DNA of 59,769 nt, filler included. It is 6 parts of 6 records of this genome, joined end to end, with 100 filler letters (N's around TTAATTAATTAA, not from the genome) between each part and the next. Parts side by side here need not be neighbours in the genome. Positions count along the whole stretch, not along the records: positions 7,754 to 16,342 come from SRR31156797_7740; positions 16,443 to 32,533 come from SRR31156797_7742; 4 more parts are not named here. One strand, given 5' to 3'. Position numbers and translations under genes: made by a program. Below the pieces are notes generated by a model, which had not been told where the DNA came from, did no database searches, and saw nothing but the letters and a program-made list of their open reading frames with translations. Within the stretch, counting starts at the first letter, position 1, and the number at the start of each line of letters is the position of its first letter. Below are positions 10,348 through 20,364 of the stretch, one piece after another.

Positions 10348-11598
10348 TTAACTTTTCACTTTTTCACAAACCTTAGCTACACGCTGAAAACCTTCTTCAA
10401 TTTTGGCTTTATCATATACCAATGGTCCAAATGAGATACGGATACCATTTTTTAATGAAGCTCCAAAACCACTACCAGGTACAAAAACTACTCCTGTCTT
10501 TTTTAATACATTTTCAACAAATTCGTCGCCATCCATACCCACATCAACCACCGAATATAAGCCTCCTTCAGGCACTGTGAATCTTGCTGAAAGGTATTTA
10601 TCAATACATCCACAAAGAAATTCAGCGGCGCTTTTATAATCATCGTTAATTTGTTTGATATATTTCGCTAAAAATCCATCTTTTAATCCCTTTTTGATGT
10701 AGTTTGCAAGGGTTAACTGATGAATGGTATCGGGGCATAAAACAACACATTGCTGAACCACCTTAAGCGCCTCCACAATTTGGGTATTTGCTTCGAGCCA
10801 GCCCAAACGTCGCCCTAATCCTCTACACCATTTCGAGTTTGAATACAACTTTATCAGGTTAGGATAATCCTCTACCGAATATGTAAAATATTCAGGCTGC
10901 CCGGTTCCATAAAGAAAAGTGTTGTATGCAAAGTCGATGGCCACAAAACAATCGTTTTTTAGTGTTATTTCCAGAATACGTTTTACCAAAAAGTCGGGTA
11001 ACATTTTCCCGGTTGGGTTATCAGGACTTGAAAACAAAACCAGTTTTGGTTGTTCTTTTTCAATAAAAGATTCGAATTCTGCTGCCAGCTTTTCTTCGTC
11101 TTCGGCAAAAGTCCATTTTTTAGCGTCAAAAACCGGGAAGTGAACTGTTTTGCAATTTACGCCCATTTCAATTTGCTCGGGATAATTGGCATAAGCAGGA
11201 TCTAATAGTGCAATTTTATCGTTCGGATTAAGTAAAACCTTAAACAGCGAATAAGCCAATTGTGTAGAGTTTGCTCCAATTATCAGGTTTTCTTCAGAAG
11301 TAGTAGCTCCAAATAATTGTGCATTAAAATCAACCAAAGCCGATTTTAACTCGGCCATACCATCCGAAGGACTGTAGGCTCCCGTTTTATGAAACAAGGT
11401 TTTATTCTTTGCAATATCGATGTATTCCTGACGTAGTTCATCAGGAGCTTCGTGATTTACCCAGCCACCTGCAAACGAAATTACATCATTAGGATCTAAT
11501 CCCATTTTTACCAGATTTGCGGGGCTGGCCATTTCCATAATCCGCCTGATAGGCGAGGAAGTGACCCCATTTTTAAAAGCGTTGGCTAATGTTAGCAT
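10348..11598 (-). CDS. PLP-dependent class I/II aminotransferase
   Basis: ISFAGG, SPDNPTG, DFAY, SNSK (PLP Lys), GRRLGW, PGSGFG..RISF. Confidence 0.88.
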   Translation of the reverse strand: MLTLANAFKNGVTSSPIRRIMEMASPANLVKMGLDPNDVISFAGGWVNHEAPDELRQEYIDIAKNKTLFHKTGAYSPSDGMAELKSALVDFNAQLFGATTSEENLIIGANSTQLAYSLFKVLLNPNDKIALLDPAYANYPEQIEMGVNCKTVHFPVFDAKKWTFAEDEEKLAAEFESFIEKEQPKLVLFSSPDNPTGKMLPDFLVKRILEITLKNDCFVAIDFAYNTFLYGTGQPEYFTYSVEDYPNLIKLYSNSKWCRGLGRRLGWLEANTQIVEALKVVQQCVVLCPDTIHQLTLANYIKKGLKDGFLAKYIKQINDDYKSAAEFLCGCIDKYLSARFTVPEGGLYSVVDVGMDGDEFVENVLKKTGVVFVPGSGFGASLKNGIRISFGPLVYDKAKIEEGFQRVAKVCEKVKS

Positions 11599-11670
11599 AT
11601 TTTTTTAGTTGCGAGATTTGAGTTACGAGCGGCAAGTTGTTAGCTTCAAGCCTCAAGCCTCAGTATCAAA

Positions 11671-12618
11671 TTATTTTTTTCTTGTAATGGTTTTTTCAGC
11701 TGCCTGAACAATGTCCTCCACACTCATTTCGTAGAAATCAAGTAATTCTTGAGGCAAACCTGATCCCGGGAATTTATCTCTAAGTCCGATCCGGGAAATT
11801 GGCACAGGACAATTCTCGCTGGCAACTTCCATAACCGCACTACCCAGGCCTCCAATAATATTGTGGTCTTCGGCAGTAACAGCTGCACCACATTTTTTTA
11901 ATACCTGTGTCACTCCTACTTCATCAATTGGCTTTACGGTATGTACTTCAACCAGTGTAACTCCAATACCTTTTTGCTGAAGTATTTTGCTGGCTTCCAT
12001 TAATCGCGGCAGCAATACTCCATTTCCGAAAAGGGCTATATCATCACCTTCCTCCTGAATAATATTGATTTTTCCGGGAACAAAAGGCGTGTCTTTTTCA
12101 AATACAACAGGATCGCGACCACTTCCCAAACGCAAATAAACCGGGCCGGGAATTTCTGCTGCAGCAATGGCAGCCTGACGAGCCTGATCTGCATCAGCCG
12201 GAACCAGAATCGTCATATTTGGAATGGTACGTAAAATACCAATATCTTCGAAAAACTGATGCGTTGTACCTTCGCGCTCGCCACCTGCAATTCCACCGTT
12301 TACACCGGCCAATTTTACATTCAACTCCGGATACGCAATAAAAGTACGGATTTGCTCACAAGCTCTCATGGTAATAAATCCGGCATAAGTGGCAAAAAAC
12401 GGAATCATACCTTCTAAGGCAAGACCTGCTGAAGTAGCCGCTGCGTTTTGCTCGGCAATTCCCACTTCAACGTAACGTTCCGGAAATTTTTCCACAAAAT
12501 CGGTCGCACGCATCGCCAAAAGGCTGTCGGCGCAAACCAACATTATTCTCTCATCTTTCTCTGCCAGGGTATCTAGCCCCTGCATAAATCCAATACGGGT
12601 GCTTTCTATTTTACTCAA
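11671..12618 (-). CDS. Split transketolase, C-terminal (pyrimidine-binding + C-domain) subunit
   Basis: EVGIAEQN, RACEQIR, THQ..ED, GPVYLR, VTAEDHNIIGGLGSAV; likely TTG start at 12618 after AGGAGG (ORF track uses 12624). Confidence 0.9.
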   Translation of the reverse strand: MSKIESTRIGFMQGLDTLAEKDERIMLVCADSLLAMRATDFVEKFPERYVEVGIAEQNAAATSAGLALEGMIPFFATYAGFITMRACEQIRTFIAYPELNVKLAGVNGGIAGGEREGTTHQFFEDIGILRTIPNMTILVPADADQARQAAIAAAEIPGPVYLRLGSGRDPVVFEKDTPFVPGKINIIQEEGDDIALFGNGVLLPRLMEASKILQQKGIGVTLVEVHTVKPIDEVGVTQVLKKCGAAVTAEDHNIIGGLGSAVMEVASENCPVPISRIGLRDKFPGSGLPQELLDFYEMSVEDIVQAAEKTITRKK

Positions 12619-13504
12619 GGTCAAGTCCTCCTAATATTTTCATTGCTTCTTCACGTTCTTCATCACTTGGCACGCGTTTATGCCAGGCGTTATTTCCTTC
12701 CATGTAAGGCACGCCTTTTCCTTTTAAGGTATTAGCAACAAACACAATGGGTTGTCCAGGCACAGGAGCTTCCTGCCCGGGAAGAATTGTCATTCCTTCA
12801 TGTTCTTCAACAGGAGTACGTCCACGTTTAGCTGCATTCTCCAAACCAATGGTTAAGGTTTCAATATCATGTCCGTCAATATCCACCACATACCAGCCAA
12901 AAGCTTTCCATTTTTCAACCAGGTTTACCAAACCACTGATCTTTTCAACCGTACCACCACTTTGAATGCCGTTGTAATCAACAATTGCAATCAGGTTGTG
13001 AAGTTTGTTTTTAGCAATATTCATAGCCGCTTCCCAAACAATTCCTTCGTTGAGTTCGCCATCGCCGGTCACCACAAAGGCCAAAGTATCATCACCACGG
13101 CGACGAGCCGCTATGGCCATTCCACAAGCCTGTGGCAGGCCATGACCAAGTGACCCTGAAGTAGCATCAACACCAGGAGTTGTTTTCTGAACCGGATGAC
13201 CTTGCAAGCGTGAATTTAACGAACGCAAAGTTTTTAATTCAGCCGGCGGCAGATAACCTTTTCGTGCCAAGGCCGCATAATAAACCGGGCAGGCATGTCC
13301 TTTTGATAAGATAAAACGGTCGCGTCCAATCCAATCCGGATTTTCAGGGTCGAGCCGCATCACATCAAAATAAAGTACGGCCAAGATATCGGCAATCGAC
13401 ATGCATGGTCCCGGATGCCCATCGCCTGCAAAGTATATGGTGTTTACCACATCGCGACGAAGTTGTGTGGCTACCTCTTTAAGTCTGTTAATTCTATCTG
13501 TCAT
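12611..13504 (-). CDS. Split transketolase, N-terminal ThDP-binding subunit
   Basis: GHPG, DRFILSKGHA, LQGHP, SGSLGHG, GDGELNEG...N ThDP motif, TLKGKG. Confidence 0.9.
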   Translation of the reverse strand: MTDRINRLKEVATQLRRDVVNTIYFAGDGHPGPCMSIADILAVLYFDVMRLDPENPDWIGRDRFILSKGHACPVYYAALARKGYLPPAELKTLRSLNSRLQGHPVQKTTPGVDATSGSLGHGLPQACGMAIAARRRGDDTLAFVVTGDGELNEGIVWEAAMNIAKNKLHNLIAIVDYNGIQSGGTVEKISGLVNLVEKWKAFGWYVVDIDGHDIETLTIGLENAAKRGRTPVEEHEGMTILPGQEAPVPGQPIVFVANTLKGKGVPYMEGNNAWHKRVPSDEEREEAMKILGGLDLE

Positions 13505-13563
13505 ATTATTCTTTTTAGTACCAAGATTTCAATACTTTCTGTTTCAATTCTCTTTACTCATTT

Positions 13564-14991
13564 CTATTTTTCCCAATCATCCGAACGAAATGATGAAACC
13601 GGCAAACCATCTGTTCCGTAAAGTGTTCCGATAATAAAATCTTTGAAAGCATAACGCACTGCCACCGGTTTCTCAACACGAGGAGAAGAGAGCACTACCG
13701 ATTTTGATCTCAGGTAGGCATTTGCCGGGTAGAATACTTTGTTTTCTCCCGCAATCTCAAAACCTGTTAACTCTTTGTCGAAGGTTGTCAATCCATTAGC
13801 TGCATGATTAAATGAAACTACGATCTGACCATCTTTTATTTCCATTGCCTTAAACTCTGGTGATCTGTAACTAAAATCACGGAATCCATAAGTTTTTGCC
13901 AATGCCCATAAAGCCAAACGTTCTCCCCCCTCTTTCTTTTTCATGGGGTGAATGTTTGTTTCCTGCCCCACATCCATTAGCACAGCCATTCCGCTGTTAG
14001 GAATCTTATCCATTGACTTTAATTGCGCTTCACGAAGGAAAGCTGAATTGGCTTTTGGCTTTTTCGGTTTAAATATGGCATAATCAAAAGGAGCAATCTG
14101 CGCATAATAAAAAGGAAACTCACCAATCCCCCATAAATTTCGCCATTCTTCTACCATAGTTGGAAACATTTCAAGGTAACGATCTGGTTCCTGGTAATTG
14201 GTTTCGCCCTGGTACCAAATACAGCCTTTAATACCATATCCAATCACCGGACTCAACATACCATTAAACAAAACCGTTGGTGTACGATTTGGCGAAAGAA
14301 TGGAGTCGCCGGCAACTGGCACGTCTTTGTCTTCAAAAGGCACTGCTGTTTCGTCGCTCATCCATGCCTGAATACAAGATCCCCCATAACTCACTTCAAT
14401 TAAACCAATTGGAACATCTAACATTTCGTGTAACAATTTACCGAAATGATAACCCGTTGCGCTAAAATTACGAACTGCAGCTGCATCAGCTTCTTTCCAT
14501 CTTGCATCAAAGTTATCCTGCGGTTCAGTTTGAGAATTTCTTGGAATTGTAATCATACGAATCTTGTGATTCTCCGATTTTAGGATATCCATATTCGAAC
14601 CGTCAACAGGTTGTCCACGGAAACCTTTCATTGGCATTTCCATATTTGATTGCCCCGAACAAAGCCAAACTTCGCCAATCATTACATTGGTAATTGTAAC
14701 CGGTTCTCCATCGCTTATGGTTAGCTCAAACGGACCACCCGCCACTGGAGTTTGAAGCATCAGTTTCCACTTCCCATTTTTATCTGCCTTTGTGGTTACT
14801 TTCTCACTGCTCCATGAACCACTCACCTCAATGTTTGCTTTGGGCTCGCTCCAGCCCCAAACTGCCACCTTTGTTTGCTGTTGCAAAATCATATGGTTGG
14901 CAAACAAGGCCGGTAGTTTAACTCTTGCATTTACTTGAATTCCTGCAAAAAACAGGATTACCATTAAGCTGATAAATTTAATTCTCTTCAT
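13564..14991 (-). CDS. Sialate O-acetylesterase-family (SGNH) carbohydrate acetylesterase
   Basis: Signal peptide; GEVWLCSGQSNM, WYQGETN, NIHP motifs. Confidence 0.9.
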   Translation of the reverse strand: MKRIKFISLMVILFFAGIQVNARVKLPALFANHMILQQQTKVAVWGWSEPKANIEVSGSWSSEKVTTKADKNGKWKLMLQTPVAGGPFELTISDGEPVTITNVMIGEVWLCSGQSNMEMPMKGFRGQPVDGSNMDILKSENHKIRMITIPRNSQTEPQDNFDARWKEADAAAVRNFSATGYHFGKLLHEMLDVPIGLIEVSYGGSCIQAWMSDETAVPFEDKDVPVAGDSILSPNRTPTVLFNGMLSPVIGYGIKGCIWYQGETNYQEPDRYLEMFPTMVEEWRNLWGIGEFPFYYAQIAPFDYAIFKPKKPKANSAFLREAQLKSMDKIPNSGMAVLMDVGQETNIHPMKKKEGGERLALWALAKTYGFRDFSYRSPEFKAMEIKDGQIVVSFNHAANGLTTFDKELTGFEIAGENKVFYPANAYLRSKSVVLSSPRVEKPVAVRYAFKDFIIGTLYGTDGLPVSSFRSDDWEK

Positions 14992-15092
14992 ATTTTAGTC
15001 TTTTGTTATCCTCTTATTTCGTTGACTGCACCCTTTAAAAACTCTCTTCTTTCGTTTTATTCGAGAAATTCGTGGACTTTCTTCACTCTTTT

Positions 15093-16342
15093 CTATTTCT
15101 CCTCAATTATTCTAACCGGTCCCAGAAGCCCTGCTGGCAACAGCGGTTTCCCTTCCAACCGATACGGGCAATTTGTCCAGGTTAATCGCTCTTCTTCCGG
15201 TAATTTATGGTCACCCATAATGCGATTTGCCCAAGCATTTGTTACCGCAATTTCCAGTTCATTTTTACCTTCTTTCAATGCTTTTGAGATATTTATCTGG
15301 TAGGGAGCAGTCCAGGCAACTCCACAATTTTTGCCGTTAAGCGTTACTTCTGCCAGGTTATTAACTTCTCCAAAATCTAAATAAACACCTTCTGTTTCGC
15401 CACTCCATTCAAAACTTTTGCTATAAACTGCCGTTCCGGAATAATATTTAATTTTTTTGTTGTTGTTTTTACTCCAATCGCTCAGGATTGAGAATTCTAT
15501 CGCCGATTCAGGTCCTCCCAAATTCTTGTCAAATTCAACCTGCCAGTTTTCGGTCAAAATCAGTTTTTCGTCGTATTCAGGATTATTGTTTCCTTCCTCC
15601 CAACTTGTTTCATCAGTTTCTTTTTCAAAAAGGACAAAAACAGATTCATTACAATCTAATTGTAAAGGAATAATTGTTCTGTTGTTTTCTATCCGCCAGT
15701 TACTGCACTTTTTTGTCTCTCCTGATACCGGAAAATAAAACACCGGTTCTTTACCAGTAACCCTGAATGAAAGTTCAGCCTTCCGTTTCTTCTCTTCTTG
15801 ATTGGAAATAAAATAGATTTCTTTTCCTTCGGAAACGCGATGTGTCCAAGCTAGTTTTTTCCCTTGATTATCCTTTTTATCGGTAACAAAAAAGTCTTTC
15901 TCAATTCCAAGTTGAGTAAAAGTTGGTAAATCATAATTTCCTAAATACACAGCTCCTGAACCAATTCTATATTCTACCACCCCATCTGATATCTTGCTCT
16001 GTTTGTCCTCATTAAAAAGTTCATTTAAAACCAATTCAAACTTTAAGGCATTCTCCTCTGCATTCAAACACTTTTCCGGTATTTCGTGAAACAGCACAGT
16101 AGCACCTTCTTTAGCCAGTTTTAATAGCTGAGAAGCCACTTCGAGACTCATTCGTGCCTCCGGATTCATTTTTCGTTTTCCTGGAATAACCAGTAATTTA
16201 TAACTTGCCCCCCCGGTAAGTTCAATTCTTCCATCAACAACTTTTGCCCCGTTTAATAATACATCCTTATTGAACGAATCGTATGTATACCCGTTTAAAG
16301 GGTCTATCCAATCTGCAGGATCGGCCATATTTACTTGTGTGG
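15093..16342 (-). CDS. GH106 alpha-L-rhamnosidase, C-terminal part (truncated by contig end)
   Basis: Frame open to the contig edge; NMADP.DWIDPL.GY.YDSFN, GASYKLLV, YYSGTAVY, LEIAVTNAWANR..GD, PAGLLGPV. Confidence 0.8.
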
Positions 16343-16442
16343 NNNNNNNNNNNNNNNNNNNNNNNNNNNNNNNNNNNNNNNNNNNNTTAATTAATTAANN
16401 NNNNNNNNNNNNNNNNNNNNNNNNNNNNNNNNNNNNNNNNNN
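16343..16442. other. Artificial contig linker
   Basis: N44-TTAATTAATTAA-N44. Confidence 0.99.
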
Positions 16443-16729
16443 TATGCTTCGTTTCTGTAAAGTCTTGTTTTATTGCAATCTTAACGCTCATAACGAAGTT
16501 CTAATACATAATGCGGGTTGATCCAATGAAGTAGATGTGCAGAATGACTATTTTTATTATTTACTGTTATTAAATGTAAGAGGGGGATTAAGTTGAAAGT
16601 AAATTCTTTTAATCCTTATAGACTAATTATTCGTAACATAAACTCAAAAGCTGTTATTTATTTGCTAATAAGCTTAAGTACATTCACCCATTCTTTAGTT
16701 TTTGGTGTCTTACTAAAAAACACTTCAAC

Positions 16730-18010
16730 ATGGAAGATATATTTTTAAAAAAGCTAAAAGAGGAGTTTGTACCTGCATTAGGTTGTACAGAGCCTGTTGC
16801 TGTAGCATATGCTGCAGCTTGTGCTAAAGAACTTTTAGGTAAAGCACCAGATCGAATTCAAATTAAAGTAAGCGGGAATATACTTAAGAATGGAATGGGA
16901 GTGGGTATTCCAGGAACCGAAATGGTGGGACTTTCCATTGCTGCTGCGATGGGAGCGTTAGGCGGAAACCCTGAAAATAGCCTGGAGATATTTGATGGTA
17001 TTACCGAACAGGAAATCTTCCTTGCCAAAGAGTTTGTTGCTCATAAATTGGTGACTGTTGACCTGAAAAAGCATGTTCCTAAGTTATATATCGAGTGTAT
17101 TTGCTATCATGGAAATAAAGAGGGGCGAATTGTAATACAGGGACGTCATACCAACATCATATTAAAACAAAAGAATGGTGTGGTGCTTTTTGAAAAGAAA
17201 ACAGAGCACGACAAGGAATCTCGTTTAGATAGTCAGTTCTGGAGCTTCGAAAACATTTACAACTATATTGAAAAGGTAAATATTAAAGATATTCAGTTTT
17301 TAGAAAAAGGTATTGAGCTGAATAAAGCGATTGCCGTAGAAGGATTAAAAGGAAACTATGGTCTTCAGGTAGGTAAATCTATTTTAATTCATATTGAAAA
17401 AGGTTTGCTATCTAAAGATATCCTGAACAAGTCAATCATGCTGTCGGCAGCTGCAGCAGATGCTCGTATGGCTGGTTCAACCATGCCGGTAATGTCGAAT
17501 TGTGGAAGTGGAAACCAGGGTATCAGTGTAACCTTACCGGTAGTTGTTGCTGCCGAAGAGTTAGGCGTAAGTAAAGAAAAAGAACTAAGAGCTTTGGCTC
17601 TTGCATTACTGGTAACCATATATATGAAATCCTATGTAGGACAATTATCTGCACTTTGTGGCGTGTTGTTATCTACAGCAGGTGCTGCTTGCGGAATTAC
17701 TTATATTATGGGTGGCGATATTCAGCAATTAAGCATGACTTTAAAAAATATGACAGGGAGTGTTACCGGAATGATATGTGATGGAGCCAAGTATGGATGT
17801 TCTCATAAAATATCTTCCAGTGTAGGAGCGGCAGTACAATCATCTCTTTTAGCTATGAATCATCATTACTTAAATGGTATGAACGGCATTGTAGATGATG
17901 ATGTGGAAGAAACCATTAAAAATATTGGCTATATCGCCAACGAAGGTATGGCTGCTACCGATGATGTGATCTTAAAAACCATGCTGAACAAGGTTAATAA
18001 GATGAACTAA
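16730..18010 (+). CDS. L-cysteine desulfidase (YhaM/CyuA, serine dehydratase alpha-like family)
   Basis: PALGCTEP, KNGMGVGIPG, MSNCGSGNQG, LSALCG, GMICDGAK.GC. Confidence 0.88.
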   Translation: MEDIFLKKLKEEFVPALGCTEPVAVAYAAACAKELLGKAPDRIQIKVSGNILKNGMGVGIPGTEMVGLSIAAAMGALGGNPENSLEIFDGITEQEIFLAKEFVAHKLVTVDLKKHVPKLYIECICYHGNKEGRIVIQGRHTNIILKQKNGVVLFEKKTEHDKESRLDSQFWSFENIYNYIEKVNIKDIQFLEKGIELNKAIAVEGLKGNYGLQVGKSILIHIEKGLLSKDILNKSIMLSAAAADARMAGSTMPVMSNCGSGNQGISVTLPVVVAAEELGVSKEKELRALALALLVTIYMKSYVGQLSALCGVLLSTAGAACGITYIMGGDIQQLSMTLKNMTGSVTGMICDGAKYGCSHKISSSVGAAVQSSLLAMNHHYLNGMNGIVDDDVEETIKNIGYIANEGMAATDDVILKTMLNKVNKMN

Positions 18011-18057
18011 TATTGTATGGTATTGTTGTAACAAAATATTTTAGCTAGTGTATAAGC

Positions 18058-18091
18058 AAAGCCTGAGCAAATTATATGCTCAGGCTTTTTT
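18058..18091 (+). terminator. Intrinsic terminator
   Basis: AAAGCCTGAGCA-loop-TGCTCAGGCTTT followed by T run. Confidence 0.85.
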
Positions 18092-18122
18092 ATCTTTAAA
18101 AACACAACAACATTCTAATTAG

Positions 18123-19736
18123 ATGACACATTTATTTTTTGGACTTACCCAAGGGGAGAATAAAATCGAAGAACTAAAAAAAAGAATTCTTAATGGAATA
18201 TTTATCGTAGGTATCATTGCATTGATTCCTTTTATAATTTTATCTTATTTCAGAAGTGTTGCAATTGGACAATTAACCTTAATTTTTTGGGAAGAATGTA
18301 TTTTGTTATTTATAATAATATTCTTTGTTTTTAATAGGTCTATCTCATTTAAAACTAAGAGTATAGTATATCAAGCCGCTTTATTAATAATTACAGCAAC
18401 AGGTTTGTATTACTTTGGACTTTTATCTTCAGCTAAAGTTGTTTTTTTATTTATTTCATTAATATCAGTCACCTTTTTAAATTTAAAATGGGGTACTGTG
18501 TCTCTAGTAATAATTATTGTAAGTTTTGTGGGAATTGGATATTTATATGTAAAAGGAATCGTTGTTAGTGATTTAGCTGAGGACGGCTATACTACCAATT
18601 ATATGAACTGGATTAACGAAGGTGTAACACTACTTGTTGTAATAATAAGTTCAGGTTTAATTACTGGTTTGCTTTTAAAAGGATATAAGGTTGAAGTTCG
18701 TAATTTGCGTAGAAGCGAAAAAGTTTTATTTCACACTATTCAGCAATTACCCCTTTCTACATTACTGGTAGATGATAATTTAGAAGTGATTTATTCCAAT
18801 ACAAAATTTAAGGAGCGTACTGGTGTAAGCGTTGAAAAAGGAATAAACATATTTCAATTGTTCCATCAACTTAAGCCAGGTTATGCAGAAGGAGGGGAAG
18901 TAAATAAAGAAATAATTAGAACTGATCTAAAAGAAATATTTAATAAAAGAATAATCCCTCCAACAAAAGAGATTACTTTTTTGGATAAAAATAAAATACA
19001 AAGATGGTCTGAGGTGCATATTAATATGGTTGAAGATGATTTGATGCTGCTCATGTTTGTAGATGTGACTGATAGGAAGAAAAAACATAGGGAAATTATT
19101 GAAGCTATGGTAAATGCGGAGGAGAATGAACGAGGAAGAATGGCCAAGGAATTACATGATGGATTAGGACCACTAGTATCAACATCTAAAATATATGCAC
19201 AAAGTATAAGCAAAATATCAGATAAAACAAAAAAAGAAGAATATGTAGCCCGATTGGTGCAGATCTTAGACGATACTTTAAATGAAGTACGCAATATATC
19301 CAACAATATTAGTCCACATATTTTAAGAAACTATGGATTGAAGGATGCATTACAATCCTTTATCGATAAGCTTAAGCCGGTTAGCAACATACAGTTTCAA
19401 ATTAAGTATGATGATAGCATTCGATTATCACAAATCTTTGATTTTACCATTTATCGTACATTAGTAGAAATGGTTAATAATTCAATTAAGTATGCTCAAG
19501 CCACTTATATTTCTATTACTTTTGCCAATCTTTCCGAATGTGTTGAAATAAGATATACAGACGATGGGCAGGGATTTGATCTGGAGAAGCAAAAGAACAA
19601 AGGCTTTGGTTTAAATAATATGGAATCGCGTATTGTAAATTTAGGAGCTGGGTACGAGTTTAAAACATCTCCGGGTAATGGAGTTGAAGTAATCATTAAA
19701 ATACAATGTAATGGCACTGAAAATTGTATTGGTTGA
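18123..19736 (+). CDS. Membrane sensor histidine kinase, HisKA_3 (NarX-like), with PAS-like domain
   Basis: Multiple TM helices; ERGRMAKELHDGLG, EMVNNSIKYA, DDGQGF, GFGLNNM. Confidence 0.9.
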   Translation: MTHLFFGLTQGENKIEELKKRILNGIFIVGIIALIPFIILSYFRSVAIGQLTLIFWEECILLFIIIFFVFNRSISFKTKSIVYQAALLIITATGLYYFGLLSSAKVVFLFISLISVTFLNLKWGTVSLVIIIVSFVGIGYLYVKGIVVSDLAEDGYTTNYMNWINEGVTLLVVIISSGLITGLLLKGYKVEVRNLRRSEKVLFHTIQQLPLSTLLVDDNLEVIYSNTKFKERTGVSVEKGINIFQLFHQLKPGYAEGGEVNKEIIRTDLKEIFNKRIIPPTKEITFLDKNKIQRWSEVHINMVEDDLMLLMFVDVTDRKKKHREIIEAMVNAEENERGRMAKELHDGLGPLVSTSKIYAQSISKISDKTKKEEYVARLVQILDDTLNEVRNISNNISPHILRNYGLKDALQSFIDKLKPVSNIQFQIKYDDSIRLSQIFDFTIYRTLVEMVNNSIKYAQATYISITFANLSECVEIRYTDDGQGFDLEKQKNKGFGLNNMESRIVNLGAGYEFKTSPGNGVEVIIKIQCNGTENCIG

Positions 19737-20364
19737 GGATTTAGATATGATCCGGGAAGGAATAAAAGTTCTTATAAGCCAAATTGAGGACTTTGAAATT
19801 ACTCACGAATTTAAAAATGGACAAGAATTCGTCGATCACCTTGATGAGCTGAATTGTGATTTTGTGGTTACTGATATTGATATGCCTGAACTCAATGGTA
19901 TTGATGCCACTAAAATTGCAATGGCCAAAAAGCCGGAGTTAAAGATTATAGCGCTATCTCTGTATAACGATACCAAATATTATTACGAATTAATAAAAGC
20001 CGGAGCCAAAGGTTTTGTATTAAAACAATCCAGCATGGACGAACTGGAAAAAGCTATCCGTTTAGTGAATGAAGGAGAAAGTTTTTTCTCGGAACACCTA
20101 CTCTATAATGTGATTATGAATATGCAAAATATTGAACAAACGCTGGTAAAAGAAAAAACAGATTTGCTTAAACTAAACGAAAAAGAAATAGAATTACTTC
20201 AATATATATGTCAGGGACTAAGCAATAAAGAACTGGCCGAAAAAATGTTTGTGAGTGTAAAAACCATTGAAAGTAATAAGGCTAAATTAATGCGTAAAAC
20301 AGGTGCAAAAAATAATGCCGCTTTAATAATTTGGGCCATCAAAAATAAAATAGTTGAAATCTAG
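19711..20364 (+). CDS. NarL/LuxR-family response regulator
   Basis: REC (VED, TDIDMP, LKQ) + HTH GLSNKELAEKMFVSVKTIE. Confidence 0.92.
   Translation: MALKIVLVEDLDMIREGIKVLISQIEDFEITHEFKNGQEFVDHLDELNCDFVVTDIDMPELNGIDATKIAMAKKPELKIIALSLYNDTKYYYELIKAGAKGFVLKQSSMDELEKAIRLVNEGESFFSEHLLYNVIMNMQNIEQTLVKEKTDLLKLNEKEIELLQYICQGLSNKELAEKMFVSVKTIESNKAKLMRKTGAKNNAALIIWAIKNKIVEI

Noticed and set aside
8214-15738. Many short + strand ORFs in contig 2 (e.g. 8214-8567, 8664-9077, 10403-10639, 12869-13153, 15457-15738)
   Set aside because: Antisense shadows of well-supported minus-strand genes; no recognisable motifs
16443-16491. Possible minus-strand gene start MSVKIAIKQDFTETKH at the contig edge
   Set aside because: Only 16 codons visible; cannot be supported or assigned
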